Shown: positions 1 to 9,157 of the stretch, piece by piece
How the letters are laid out: every line of letters begins with the position of its first letter
Numbering within the stretch: position 1 is the first letter of the stretch
Source of the DNA: a bacterium
Lineage (GTDB): Bacteria; Zhuqueibacterota; Zhuqueibacteria; Residuimicrobiales; Krinioviventaceae
NCBI GenBank assembly: GCA_963693055.1
Contig: OY843751.1
Location: 192,001 to 256,000 of the forward strand
Direction of reading: 5' to 3'
Length of the DNA: 64,000 nucleotides
The notes under the pieces: model-generated
What the model saw: the letters and a program-made list of their open reading frames with translations, nothing else
Database searches by the model: none
Told to the model about the DNA's origin: nothing
Program-made: the position numbers and the translations under genes

Positions 1-1473
1 TCTGATATCCCCTACAAAGGTGAGAAAAATACTGATGGTTATTATGCTTATGGTTCAGGTTTGACCTGGGACCGTACATATTGGTCAGAAAACAAATCTA
101 CAAACTATGGTGTAAAGTTTGATATTGAAAGCCAGGTTAACGCCAACCATAATGTTCGTACGGGTGTTGATCTTAAATATCGTGAAATTTTCAATTATGA
201 TGCAACCGACCGTTATGGATATGGTGAAAATTTTACTGTATTTCCAAATAGTGGTGCGTTCTATGTTCAGGATAAAATGGAATATCAGGGTATGATTCTG
301 AATGTTGGTGTTCGTTACGATTATTTTGATGCCAACTGGAATGATTATCCTAACAACCTTTATGATCCTACCTGGACTTATGATGATGATGGTCATGAAG
401 ATCTGAATGGAAACGGAACACTGGATACAGGTGAAGATGCCAATGGTAATGGTTATCTTGACCAGGCTTGGGACCCAGATATTTACAATTACGAAGGTGC
501 TCCCAAGGTTAATGATATCAAAGATCCACAGTCCATCCAATTTAAAGACTATTGGAGCCCCCGTTTTGGTATTGCTTTCCCAATTACTGAACGTGATGTA
601 ATGCACTTTAGTTATGGAAAATATTTCCAGGAACCCCTTGGAAATTACTTGTTCCGTAACCTCGAGTTCGATCTGGGTGGTGGTTTCCCTGTAATTGGTA
701 ACCCAAATCTTGAACCTGAAAGTACTACTGCTTATGAAGTAGGTTTGAACCACCAGATTTCTAACTCTATGAAAATCAAAGTTACCGGTTTTTATAAAGA
801 TATTTCAAACCTGACAGACAGTAAACCGATTTATTATACGGTACGTGACTGGTATGGTTTCTATTATAACGCGGATTATGGAAATGTTCGTGGTTTTGAA
901 TTTGAATTTTTAAGACGTCCTGAGCGTATTGCATTTTTGTACCTGAGTGGTCGTTTTAACTATACTTATCAAGTTGCTAAAAACAAAAGTTCCACGGTTG
1001 GTCAAGGTTATTCAACCGAATGGGCTGGAAATGTTTTACCGCGATTTGAATCCTATACTGATTGGGATCAGCGTCATACTGTTAATGCTAACCTTGATCT
1101 TAGAATACCGAGAGATCAGAATTTGTTTGGCACTCCAATACTTAATGATTTGGGTGTAAACTTTTTGTGGTACTATGGCAGCGGAACCCGCTGGACACCT
1201 CCAAAAGGCCAGGACAAAGCTGCTCCGGATAATACAGAGACATTGCCGTACAACATGACCCTTGATATGCGTATTACCAAACGCTTCCATGTTGGTCGCC
1301 TTGTACCTCAGATCTTTGTTGATGTCCGTAACCTGCTGGATCGTCAAAACATCATCGCTATTGATGATGAAGAGTGGTATTATGCTAAGGGTGATCCTGA
1401 AGGTAAATATGGCAACCCAACTGTTTATGACAGAGGTCGTTTGACCCGTATCGGTTTCAGGGTTGATTTCTAA
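1..1473 (+). CDS. TonB-dependent outer-membrane receptor (FCB-type), C-terminal part; 5' end lies outside the window
   Basis: Frame is open from position 1 (SDIPYKGE...). Barrel motifs FYVQDKMEYQGMILNVGVRYDYFD, SPRFGIAFPI, HFSYGKYFQEP, GNPNLEPESTTAYEVG and DWDQRHT are present, and the protein ends in Phe (GFRVDF). Confidence 0.93.
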   Translation, partial: SDIPYKGEKNTDGYYAYGSGLTWDRTYWSENKSTNYGVKFDIESQVNANHNVRTGVDLKYREIFNYDATDRYGYGENFTVFPNSGAFYVQDKMEYQGMILNVGVRYDYFDANWNDYPNNLYDPTWTYDDDGHEDLNGNGTLDTGEDANGNGYLDQAWDPDIYNYEGAPKVNDIKDPQSIQFKDYWSPRFGIAFPITERDVMHFSYGKYFQEPLGNYLFRNLEFDLGGGFPVIGNPNLEPESTTAYEVGLNHQISNSMKIKVTGFYKDISNLTDSKPIYYTVRDWYGFYYNADYGNVRGFEFEFLRRPERIAFLYLSGRFNYTYQVAKNKSSTVGQGYSTEWAGNVLPRFESYTDWDQRHTVNANLDLRIPRDQNLFGTPILNDLGVNFLWYYGSGTRWTPPKGQDKAAPDNTETLPYNMTLDMRITKRFHVGRLVPQIFVDVRNLLDRQNIIAIDDEEWYYAKGDPEGKYGNPTVYDRGRLTRIGFRVDF

Positions 1474-1524
1474 CATTGGCATATGATTATTGATTGCTAT
1501 TTAAATTAATTGGAGGTGGCTTTG

Positions 1525-3810
1525 TTGCTAAAAAAATACAAGCTGGAGATAGTTCTGGTCCTTTTAATGGTTTTCTCTTTTTCCGTTGCGCATGCTGAAA
1601 GGCATCCGGAAAAAACAGACCAGCGTCGCGATTTTAAATTGCGCAAAACAAACAACCGCCCTGCACAGGAATTCAAGGCACATACTATTGGTACCATGTG
1701 GAATGTTATAACCAACTATGGTAGTTTTGGTGATCCTAACTTTGATTCCTCAGGTCGTCCTTCTGTTGAATGGCCGGGTGCATCGAACAACAGTTATTTG
1801 TATGATGCAGCTATTTGGGTTTCAACAGTATTGAATGGTGAAAAATTATGTTCAAGTTATTTTTATACATTTGAAGAATGGGAACCCTCTGATGGTTCCC
1901 AGTTTTTAATGGGTAATGAAGAAGTGGTTGCTGTAGCAACTCCTAAATCTATCAATGACAGTTACTGTGTATTTGATGATCTTGAACCAAAGACTGAGCA
2001 TGTGCCCCTGGGTATCCAGGTTGTTGAACGTGGACTCTCCTGGAGCATGCCGGAATATGATGACTTTATTGCATATGAATTTGATATTATTAATACCGGT
2101 ACAAACGGTTTTCTCAAAGAAGTATATGTAAGCTGGTGGTATGATGTAGACGTTTCTTCTATCGACGTTACCGATAAACATATCGATGACCTTGTAGACT
2201 GGGACGGATACGATGGTTCAGATACCAACACTGACAAAGTCGATATAGTTGACCCCCTTGATCTTGATCAGGATGGCATTTCCGGTTATGATGATTATGG
2301 TATCCCTTATGGTCTCCCCATGGGCGGATTTAATGACAACTATGATCTTGAACAGGTTGAAGGTGATGGTGTTTTTGATGAATATACTCTTATTGAAGAT
2401 GAACGTGGTGATGCTATAACAGCAGATGTTGCCGTTACTATTGGTGATTATGAAATTGCTGCCGGTGATCCACTTGTAAAAGCTGACGGAACTCCATTGA
2501 TCGGTTGGAAAGTGTCACGTAATATGTCTTACATTTATGATGGCGATAACCCCAGTTCTTCTGAGAACGATTTTGGTGAACGTACTCTGAGTCCTGATTG
2601 TTCAGGTTTCATGGGTGGGCGTGTACTGTATGCAGATGCTGCATCTCCAGACTATGTGTTTGACGTACAAGATTCTTCACATTCCCGTATAACCCGCGCT
2701 TTTTCACACCAGTGGTGGAACTGGGAAAGTGATCCTGACACTGATATCGAGCAATATGACTATCAAAAAGGTCAGCACGAATTTAGTAAAGGTTATCACT
2801 TTTTGCCAAACCCATTGGATGTAGGTGCACCTACATTTGACTATCGTTTTTTAATTACCGTAGGGCCGTATGATATGGAAGCCAATGACACCGTACGTGT
2901 GGTTTGGGCAGAAGTTGTCGGTCAAGGTCTTGAAGGTATGCGCGCAAATGCTGATAAAGCTTTGGAAGCGTATTATACTGGTAGTGAGTTCAGCAGTCCA
3001 TATAATCCTACTCCGCCACATCAGGATACACACTGGCTGTTGCCTGCACCTCCTCCTACACCAAACCTGCGTTACAGTCCGAATGATCGTTCTGTGAATT
3101 TGGTATGGGATAATATTGCAGAAATTACACCCGATACAAAAACCAAAGAAATCGATTTTGTCGGTTATAAAATTTATCGTGCACAATATACTCCAAGCAA
3201 CTGGACACTCATTGCTGCATTTGATAATGTTGATGGACCCGTCAAAGTTGTAAATACAGAACGCGATTCTTTGGGTTATGTTGATCTGGATGATATTGCA
3301 AATGAATTTGTTGACGTTGGTGGTACTACACCATGGGGCACAACGATAGAAGCGCCTATTAATGGTATTCCTTATTTCTATACAGTTGTTGCTTATGATA
3401 CCGGTGATGAAACTATAAATTTACCGCCATCTGAAAGCAGTAAATCCAATTACAGCAAAACCGAAGCAGGTGCACCACTTGCTGTAATACCGAAACGTAT
3501 GTATGAAACTGAAGAAGTAGTTGATTTACAGAAAGTTAAAGTTGTTCCCAATCCATACAAGGCAACAGATGTTTTTGAAGACATTTATGAAAACGCAATA
3601 CTTTTTACAAACTTGCCTCCTGTATGTAAAATTACTGTTTTTACTCTTGCTGGTGATATGGTTATTTCCCTTGATCATACAGATGGCAGTAGTGTGGAAA
3701 CCTGGGATTTAATATCCAGGAACACTCAGTCAGTAGTAAGTGGATTGTATGTGTATGTGGTTGAAACGGAAAATGACAAGTTTGTCGGCAAGTTTGTAAT
3801 TATGATGTAA
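1525..3810 (+). CDS. Secreted acidic protein: unnamed N-terminal domain, FN3-like domain and variant T9SS-like C-terminal domain (VKVVPNPY); conserved partner of TBDR/PorV
   Basis: SD GGAGGT at 1512-1517 favours TTG 1522/1525 over 1510. Signal peptide ends ...VAHA. FN3-like region PPPTPNL...VNLVWD...GYKIYR...YFYTVVAYD. Tail KVKVVPNPY...ILFTNLP...WDL...SGLYVYVV...GKFVIMM. Confidence 0.8.
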   Translation: MLKKYKLEIVLVLLMVFSFSVAHAERHPEKTDQRRDFKLRKTNNRPAQEFKAHTIGTMWNVITNYGSFGDPNFDSSGRPSVEWPGASNNSYLYDAAIWVSTVLNGEKLCSSYFYTFEEWEPSDGSQFLMGNEEVVAVATPKSINDSYCVFDDLEPKTEHVPLGIQVVERGLSWSMPEYDDFIAYEFDIINTGTNGFLKEVYVSWWYDVDVSSIDVTDKHIDDLVDWDGYDGSDTNTDKVDIVDPLDLDQDGISGYDDYGIPYGLPMGGFNDNYDLEQVEGDGVFDEYTLIEDERGDAITADVAVTIGDYEIAAGDPLVKADGTPLIGWKVSRNMSYIYDGDNPSSSENDFGERTLSPDCSGFMGGRVLYADAASPDYVFDVQDSSHSRITRAFSHQWWNWESDPDTDIEQYDYQKGQHEFSKGYHFLPNPLDVGAPTFDYRFLITVGPYDMEANDTVRVVWAEVVGQGLEGMRANADKALEAYYTGSEFSSPYNPTPPHQDTHWLLPAPPPTPNLRYSPNDRSVNLVWDNIAEITPDTKTKEIDFVGYKIYRAQYTPSNWTLIAAFDNVDGPVKVVNTERDSLGYVDLDDIANEFVDVGGTTPWGTTIEAPINGIPYFYTVVAYDTGDETINLPPSESSKSNYSKTEAGAPLAVIPKRMYETEEVVDLQKVKVVPNPYKATDVFEDIYENAILFTNLPPVCKITVFTLAGDMVISLDHTDGSSVETWDLISRNTQSVVSGLYVYVVETENDKFVGKFVIMM

Positions 3811-3871
3811 CGTATTGCTGCCTTTGTTTTTCTATTGTAGAATGCAAATCATAATAAAGAGGTTATTACTA

Positions 3872-4903
3872 ATGAAGAAAAAATTTACTGCTTTATTGTG
3901 CATCACCTTAATGTTTGGATTGGTTCATGTTTTACCCGCCCAACAATTTGCCAAGGTTGGTACAGCTGGTTCTCAGTTTCTGAAAATTGGCGCCGGCGCG
4001 AGAAATGTTGGGCTTGGAAATGCATGTGTCGCCGTTGTTGATGATGCGTCTTCCATGTTTTGGAATCCTGGCGGTTTAGCCATGGTTAAAAATTATAATG
4101 TGTTGATTTCTAATGTTCAATGGTTCGCTGATATTCAAATGAATGTAGTGGGTATTGCAAAAACTTTTCCTTCTCTGGGCTCTTTTGGTTTGAGTGCCAT
4201 GGTGCTTGGTTCCGGAGATATGGATATTACTACATATAAATTTCAGGATGGTACCGGCGAACAATTTTCTAAAAATGATATGATGGTTGGTTTGAGTTAT
4301 GCAAGATATCTGACTGACAAATTTTCATTTGGTGGTACTATAAAATATATTCGTGAAGATTATGGCTCTGTAAATGATTATACCGGTGAAGATGAAATTG
4401 CTTCCGCATGGTCTTTTGATTTAGGTGCTATTTATCAAACAGGTTTCAAGTCTTTGCGTTTAGGTATTGCTATTATGAACTTTGGTCCTGAAATGCAGAT
4501 TCCTGGTCAATATGCTGATATTGTTGGTTTCGATTCTGATACTCAACAATATATTACTGAGCCATATGATGATTATCGCCCCTATCATTTGCCTTTGATC
4601 TTTAGAGCAGGTTTTGCTTATGACCTGTTTGATTCTCCTCTGAACAAGTTTACTGTTTCCGGTGACCTGGTTCACCCCAATGACAATGTGGAACAGATAA
4701 ATCTGGGAGGTGAATATTGGTTTAAAAATAGTATAGCCTTCCGTGGCGGTTATATCGGAAATCATGATTCTGCCAACTTTTCAGTTGGTGGTAGTTTGCG
4801 TTTGAGTTTGAGTGGACTGGGTGCTGCAAGCATCGATTACAGTTATACCGATTTTGGTGTGCTGGATTTGGTCCACCAGATGGCTTTTTCTTTGGAATTC
4901 TAA
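3872..4903 (+). CDS. PorV/PorQ family outer-membrane beta-barrel (FadL-like, T9SS shuttle/anchor type)
   Basis: ATG 3872 follows AGAGG. Signal peptide, then the hallmark KVGTAGSQFLKIGAGARNVGLG...DASSMFWNPGGLA. Ends in Phe. Confidence 0.9.
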   Translation: MKKKFTALLCITLMFGLVHVLPAQQFAKVGTAGSQFLKIGAGARNVGLGNACVAVVDDASSMFWNPGGLAMVKNYNVLISNVQWFADIQMNVVGIAKTFPSLGSFGLSAMVLGSGDMDITTYKFQDGTGEQFSKNDMMVGLSYARYLTDKFSFGGTIKYIREDYGSVNDYTGEDEIASAWSFDLGAIYQTGFKSLRLGIAIMNFGPEMQIPGQYADIVGFDSDTQQYITEPYDDYRPYHLPLIFRAGFAYDLFDSPLNKFTVSGDLVHPNDNVEQINLGGEYWFKNSIAFRGGYIGNHDSANFSVGGSLRLSLSGLGAASIDYSYTDFGVLDLVHQMAFSLEF

Positions 4904-4959
4904 TTTAGTTGATAATGATTATTTCCTGATCTCTTGAAAGACCTTTACCGGAGGGATAT

Positions 4960-7900
4960 ATGTTTAAAAAATTATCTGTAATTTTCCTTATGCTTTTATT
5001 TATGGGAAATGCATTATATGCCCAAACAGTTGGCGAGTCCAGATTGTTGTGGGTACATAATTATCAGTTTTTCCAGTATGATTACAAAATTGGTGCAACT
5101 TTGGCCGCAACTGGTGAAAATTGTGATGTTTGGGTAGAAAACAACCTGATCACTGCTATCACAGTTGATGAAACCAATGGTGTTGTTTATGCGGGCACCA
5201 AACGAACGGGTATTTTTTCAAAAGGATTGAACGAAACAACCTGGACCAGCCTGAGCGATGGCCATCCAAACAGTTCAAGAACTTTTGGGAAAAGCCCGGT
5301 TAATACAATGTTTGTCACATCTGACGGTACTGTTTTGGCTGGTCTGGACGATGGTATTTATCGTTGGGATGTTGAAGGCGCTCGCTGGAGACGTGCTACT
5401 GTTCGTACTCCTGTCTTTTGTTTCGCTGAAGCAAATGGCATTGTTTATGCCGGTCTTGGCGGTTATGTTTGGGCAGATGATGGCGATGAAGATAGTGACA
5501 TCGATATTGATGCTGGTGTTTATGCCAGTGACAATGGCGGTACTTCATGGGACCGTATGTCAAACGGTTTACCCAAAGATGGCGATGACGAGTATTTACC
5601 AGTAAACGCACTTTCAGTTGTAGATGGTTCTGTAATGGCTGCTACTGAAGCCGGTGTATTTTTGACAAAAAATCAAGGCGCTTACTGGCAGGGTGTTGAA
5701 CGTAAAATTACAGCAACCAAAGCGAATACGGTTGTAAATGTTTTCGAATCTACTCTTGATGAAGCCAAACTTGCTGAACTGGGCCGCGCGTTGTGGGACC
5801 CCAATACAGGTGAAATTTACGATAACTGGTTTGCGGTAGATGGCATTAGCCGCGAAGACAAAGTTGTTCTCGTTGAATATGACAGTTTGGATCAACCCTA
5901 TAGAAAATTTATTTGTCCACCCAATGATATTGAAACCACAAATTGGTTGTATGAACAAAGAAATACTGAAGGTATTGTGGGTGATGAAGGTTTGTGGAAT
6001 ATTAAAATTAATGATAATACACAAGACTTTACAACATACACTGGTTATGGCCCTTTTCCTGGTATTGATGTAAATGATTTCAAATTTCATGGCGAATCGG
6101 CAAAAGCTACAATAATTGATCCTCTTGCTGAGATATTGATTGTTGTTTCTTATCCTGAAGATCCCAATTTTGAAGTGGGTGGTAAATTTATCAATGTTAA
6201 ATATACTGATGGAACCAACACCTGGGTTTGGACCGCAAAATCTACTTCTTTACGCGGTTTGAACAATGAGAAAAAGGGTATTATAATTAATAATGATAAC
6301 CTGGTTTCTGGTGAAGAAATTGAAAATTATGATGAATTCAATACCACTGAAATAATTGGCCAGATGGAACTTTATACCTCCAGTGGCCTGGTGTTTAATA
6401 AAATGGCATATGCCGGTAATGACCAGGTTGTTTATGCCGGTAATGAAAACGGTGTTTATAAAACATCGGATATGGGACTTTCCTGGGACCTCGTTGGTTC
6501 TGTAACTGAAGGTCTTGAGAATATTGACATTCAAAGTTTGACAGCATTAGCAGACGGTTCTCTCTATGCCGGTACAATGGATAATGTTTTCAAAAGCACA
6601 ACAGGCGGAACCTCCTGGGAAGCGCTGGGAACCATTGATGCTGAAACAGAAGTGTTTAGTGTTAATGTTATCAATAACACCTTGTATGCAGGAACACCTT
6701 ATGGTTTTTATGAAACTGCAGACAATGGTGCAACATGGACAGGTTCAAACTTTGGAATGCCTGCTTATGTAAATGAAGAAAATATCCAAACTTTGATTAA
6801 TTATTTTGACAATTCTACTCCTGCAAATCCTTCAATGGGTGTTTATGATGTAATTGCGCAGCAGTTTGGTGAAGAAAACATCCCTGACATGGACAAGAAT
6901 AACAAAATAAGCATCCTTTTGCATAATATTGAAGATATAGGTTACGAAGAAAATCTGACATCTAACGGTTTGAGCGGAACAACCAATATTGCCGGTTATT
7001 TCCGTCCTGAAGATCAGAACCTGATTGGAAATACCAATAAAGGCGAGTTCCTTTATATTGATTCCCGTCAGGCAACAGATGCTCAACGTGCTGCGGCTTT
7101 GGGACATCAATTGCTTCGACTGATGCACTGGAACAATGATTATGATGAGCAAAGATGGGTAACCGAAGGTATTGGTTTTATGGCAGAACGCCTTTGTGGA
7201 TTTCCCTTACCATCATCAATGCCCGATTTTCAGACTTTGACAGGTGCAGCCAATGTTTACAGTCTTGTTGCGGGTACTGCATTGAGTCCATGGTCTGTAA
7301 GTCCTGATGATGGTGACATGAATAACCGTTTCACCCAGGTTTCCATGTTCTTTACATATCTTTTTGAAAACTTTGGCGGATTTGACCTTTTCAATAAAAT
7401 TATTGCTGATGAAGACAATGGCTGGGAAGGTATTCAAAATGTATTGCAAGCCGAATATGGCAAGAATTTCGATGATGTTTATGCTGCCTGGGTAATTGCA
7501 AACTGTATCAATGATGTAAATCAATCTGACCCCATATCTGGTGCTAAATATGGATATCAGGATTCTTTATATTCTGCAGTTTTGAACAATTATATGGATG
7601 AAAAAGGTCTGGGTATGAATTATGGTAACCTTTTTGGTCATAATAGTTCAATGTCTGAATATAAAGAATATAAAGTTTTACAGGAATATGGACAAGGACT
7701 GAATAACTGGGCATATACTGTTCGCTATTTGTTCCCTGATCCCAGTATCTTTGCAGACAATCCTGTACAATCCGTAATAAATTATTGGGACAAAGATCTC
7801 AAAACCGGTGAACCCATTAATATGAAAATCAATGCCAGTGATTATGCAAATCTGCGGGTGCACCTGATCAAAGTTAAACCAGATGGCTCCAAAGATGTAG

Positions 7901-9117
7901 AAAATATTACTTCTTTGTTTAATGAGGAAAAAGAGTTATCTTTTAACGTCTTGGATAAATATGAACCCAACGCAGACAAGACATCTTTAAAGTACCATGA
8001 AATGTATGTAGTTGTCAGTAACCAGGATTCTTTGGGACGTGGTGTTAAATATTTGCAACTCAAAGATGTAACACCACCAGAAGTTGATTATCAGATTGTT
8101 CATAACCCATTGTATCCTGAATTTGTTGATATTTTAATATCAGCCAATGAACATACTTTTTCAGACATTGGTACTGAATTTGAAAACCCAACAGTAGAAA
8201 TGGTTTATTTCACTGATACAACAGCAGTAGATATTTCATTGTTTGACAACATTGATCCAAAATCAAGTGGAAGTGGTGCAGATATACAAAGTGAATACTT
8301 TGTTTACAAAGGCCGCTATCATTTAACTGAAGAAGGTCAGGTAAGCCTGGTTATTCGTAAACTTCAGGATTGTGCGGGTAATGATAATGATGAAATTGTA
8401 GCACCATTATCAGTTTCAAAAGCATTACCCAAATTTTCAACAACCCTGGTAACAGATGATGAAAATGCTTCTATGGTTATTCCTGCGAATACATTTTTGT
8501 CTGAAACATATTTGACACTGTTTACAAACAAACCCGATACAAGGGTTGGATTGCAAAAGTCAGATGCCGATGATTATGAATTTGTAAGCGATCTTTATCA
8601 ATTCGGACCTGTTAATAAAAGTTTGAATAATAATGCGGCTTTAAGCATCAAATATTCAAAAGATGCTGTGTCAAATGACTTTGGCTTGTATCGTCTGCAA
8701 AATGATGAATGGATATCAGTGCCAGCTATGATTAACGAGAAACAAGGTACAATTTCTGCCAGTGTAAATGAACTGGGTGTATTTGCTGTAATTTCTGGTA
8801 ATGTTGCTAATCAGAGCATTGAAACAGAACAAGTACCAACAACCTATGCCGTTTATCAGAACTACCCTAATCCGTTTAATCCCACCACTGAAATTAAATA
8901 TCAGGTGCCTCAACAGGAACGTGTTGTTATTCGTATTTACAACATGAATGGTCAATTGGTAAATACTCTGGTTGATCAGAATATGAGTGCCGGTTATTAC
9001 ACTGCAAAGTGGAATGGATTGAATGCAAGAGGTGCCAGAGTAAGTAGTGGCGTTTACGTATATGAAATGCGTGCTGGCAGCTATGTAGAAACACGGAAAA
9101 TGGTTCTGATAAAATAA
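4960..9117 (+). CDS. Large secreted T9SS-CTD protein: degenerate M30/hyicolysin-like metallopeptidase domain interrupted by a BNR beta-propeller, plus ZU5-like and FlgD-Ig/CTD domains
   Basis: SD GGAGG and a signal peptide. Asp-box/BNR repeats SDNGGTSW, TSDMGLSW, STTGGTSW, TADNGATW. Peptidase-like motifs DMDKNNKISIL, IAGYF, GEFLYID and HQLLR...WVTEG. CTD QNYPNPFNPTTEIKY...RKMVLIK. Confidence 0.8.
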   Translation: MFKKLSVIFLMLLFMGNALYAQTVGESRLLWVHNYQFFQYDYKIGATLAATGENCDVWVENNLITAITVDETNGVVYAGTKRTGIFSKGLNETTWTSLSDGHPNSSRTFGKSPVNTMFVTSDGTVLAGLDDGIYRWDVEGARWRRATVRTPVFCFAEANGIVYAGLGGYVWADDGDEDSDIDIDAGVYASDNGGTSWDRMSNGLPKDGDDEYLPVNALSVVDGSVMAATEAGVFLTKNQGAYWQGVERKITATKANTVVNVFESTLDEAKLAELGRALWDPNTGEIYDNWFAVDGISREDKVVLVEYDSLDQPYRKFICPPNDIETTNWLYEQRNTEGIVGDEGLWNIKINDNTQDFTTYTGYGPFPGIDVNDFKFHGESAKATIIDPLAEILIVVSYPEDPNFEVGGKFINVKYTDGTNTWVWTAKSTSLRGLNNEKKGIIINNDNLVSGEEIENYDEFNTTEIIGQMELYTSSGLVFNKMAYAGNDQVVYAGNENGVYKTSDMGLSWDLVGSVTEGLENIDIQSLTALADGSLYAGTMDNVFKSTTGGTSWEALGTIDAETEVFSVNVINNTLYAGTPYGFYETADNGATWTGSNFGMPAYVNEENIQTLINYFDNSTPANPSMGVYDVIAQQFGEENIPDMDKNNKISILLHNIEDIGYEENLTSNGLSGTTNIAGYFRPEDQNLIGNTNKGEFLYIDSRQATDAQRAAALGHQLLRLMHWNNDYDEQRWVTEGIGFMAERLCGFPLPSSMPDFQTLTGAANVYSLVAGTALSPWSVSPDDGDMNNRFTQVSMFFTYLFENFGGFDLFNKIIADEDNGWEGIQNVLQAEYGKNFDDVYAAWVIANCINDVNQSDPISGAKYGYQDSLYSAVLNNYMDEKGLGMNYGNLFGHNSSMSEYKEYKVLQEYGQGLNNWAYTVRYLFPDPSIFADNPVQSVINYWDKDLKTGEPINMKINASDYANLRVHLIKVKPDGSKDVENITSLFNEEKELSFNVLDKYEPNADKTSLKYHEMYVVVSNQDSLGRGVKYLQLKDVTPPEVDYQIVHNPLYPEFVDILISANEHTFSDIGTEFENPTVEMVYFTDTTAVDISLFDNIDPKSSGSGADIQSEYFVYKGRYHLTEEGQVSLVIRKLQDCAGNDNDEIVAPLSVSKALPKFSTTLVTDDENASMVIPANTFLSETYLTLFTNKPDTRVGLQKSDADDYEFVSDLYQFGPVNKSLNNNAALSIKYSKDAVSNDFGLYRLQNDEWISVPAMINEKQGTISASVNELGVFAVISGNVANQSIETEQVPTTYAVYQNYPNPFNPTTEIKYQVPQQERVVIRIYNMNGQLVNTLVDQNMSAGYYTAKWNGLNARGARVSSGVYVYEMRAGSYVETRKMVLIK

Positions 9118-9157
9118 TGTTGTTTATTTAATTTGCTATAGATTTAAGGAGGCATTG

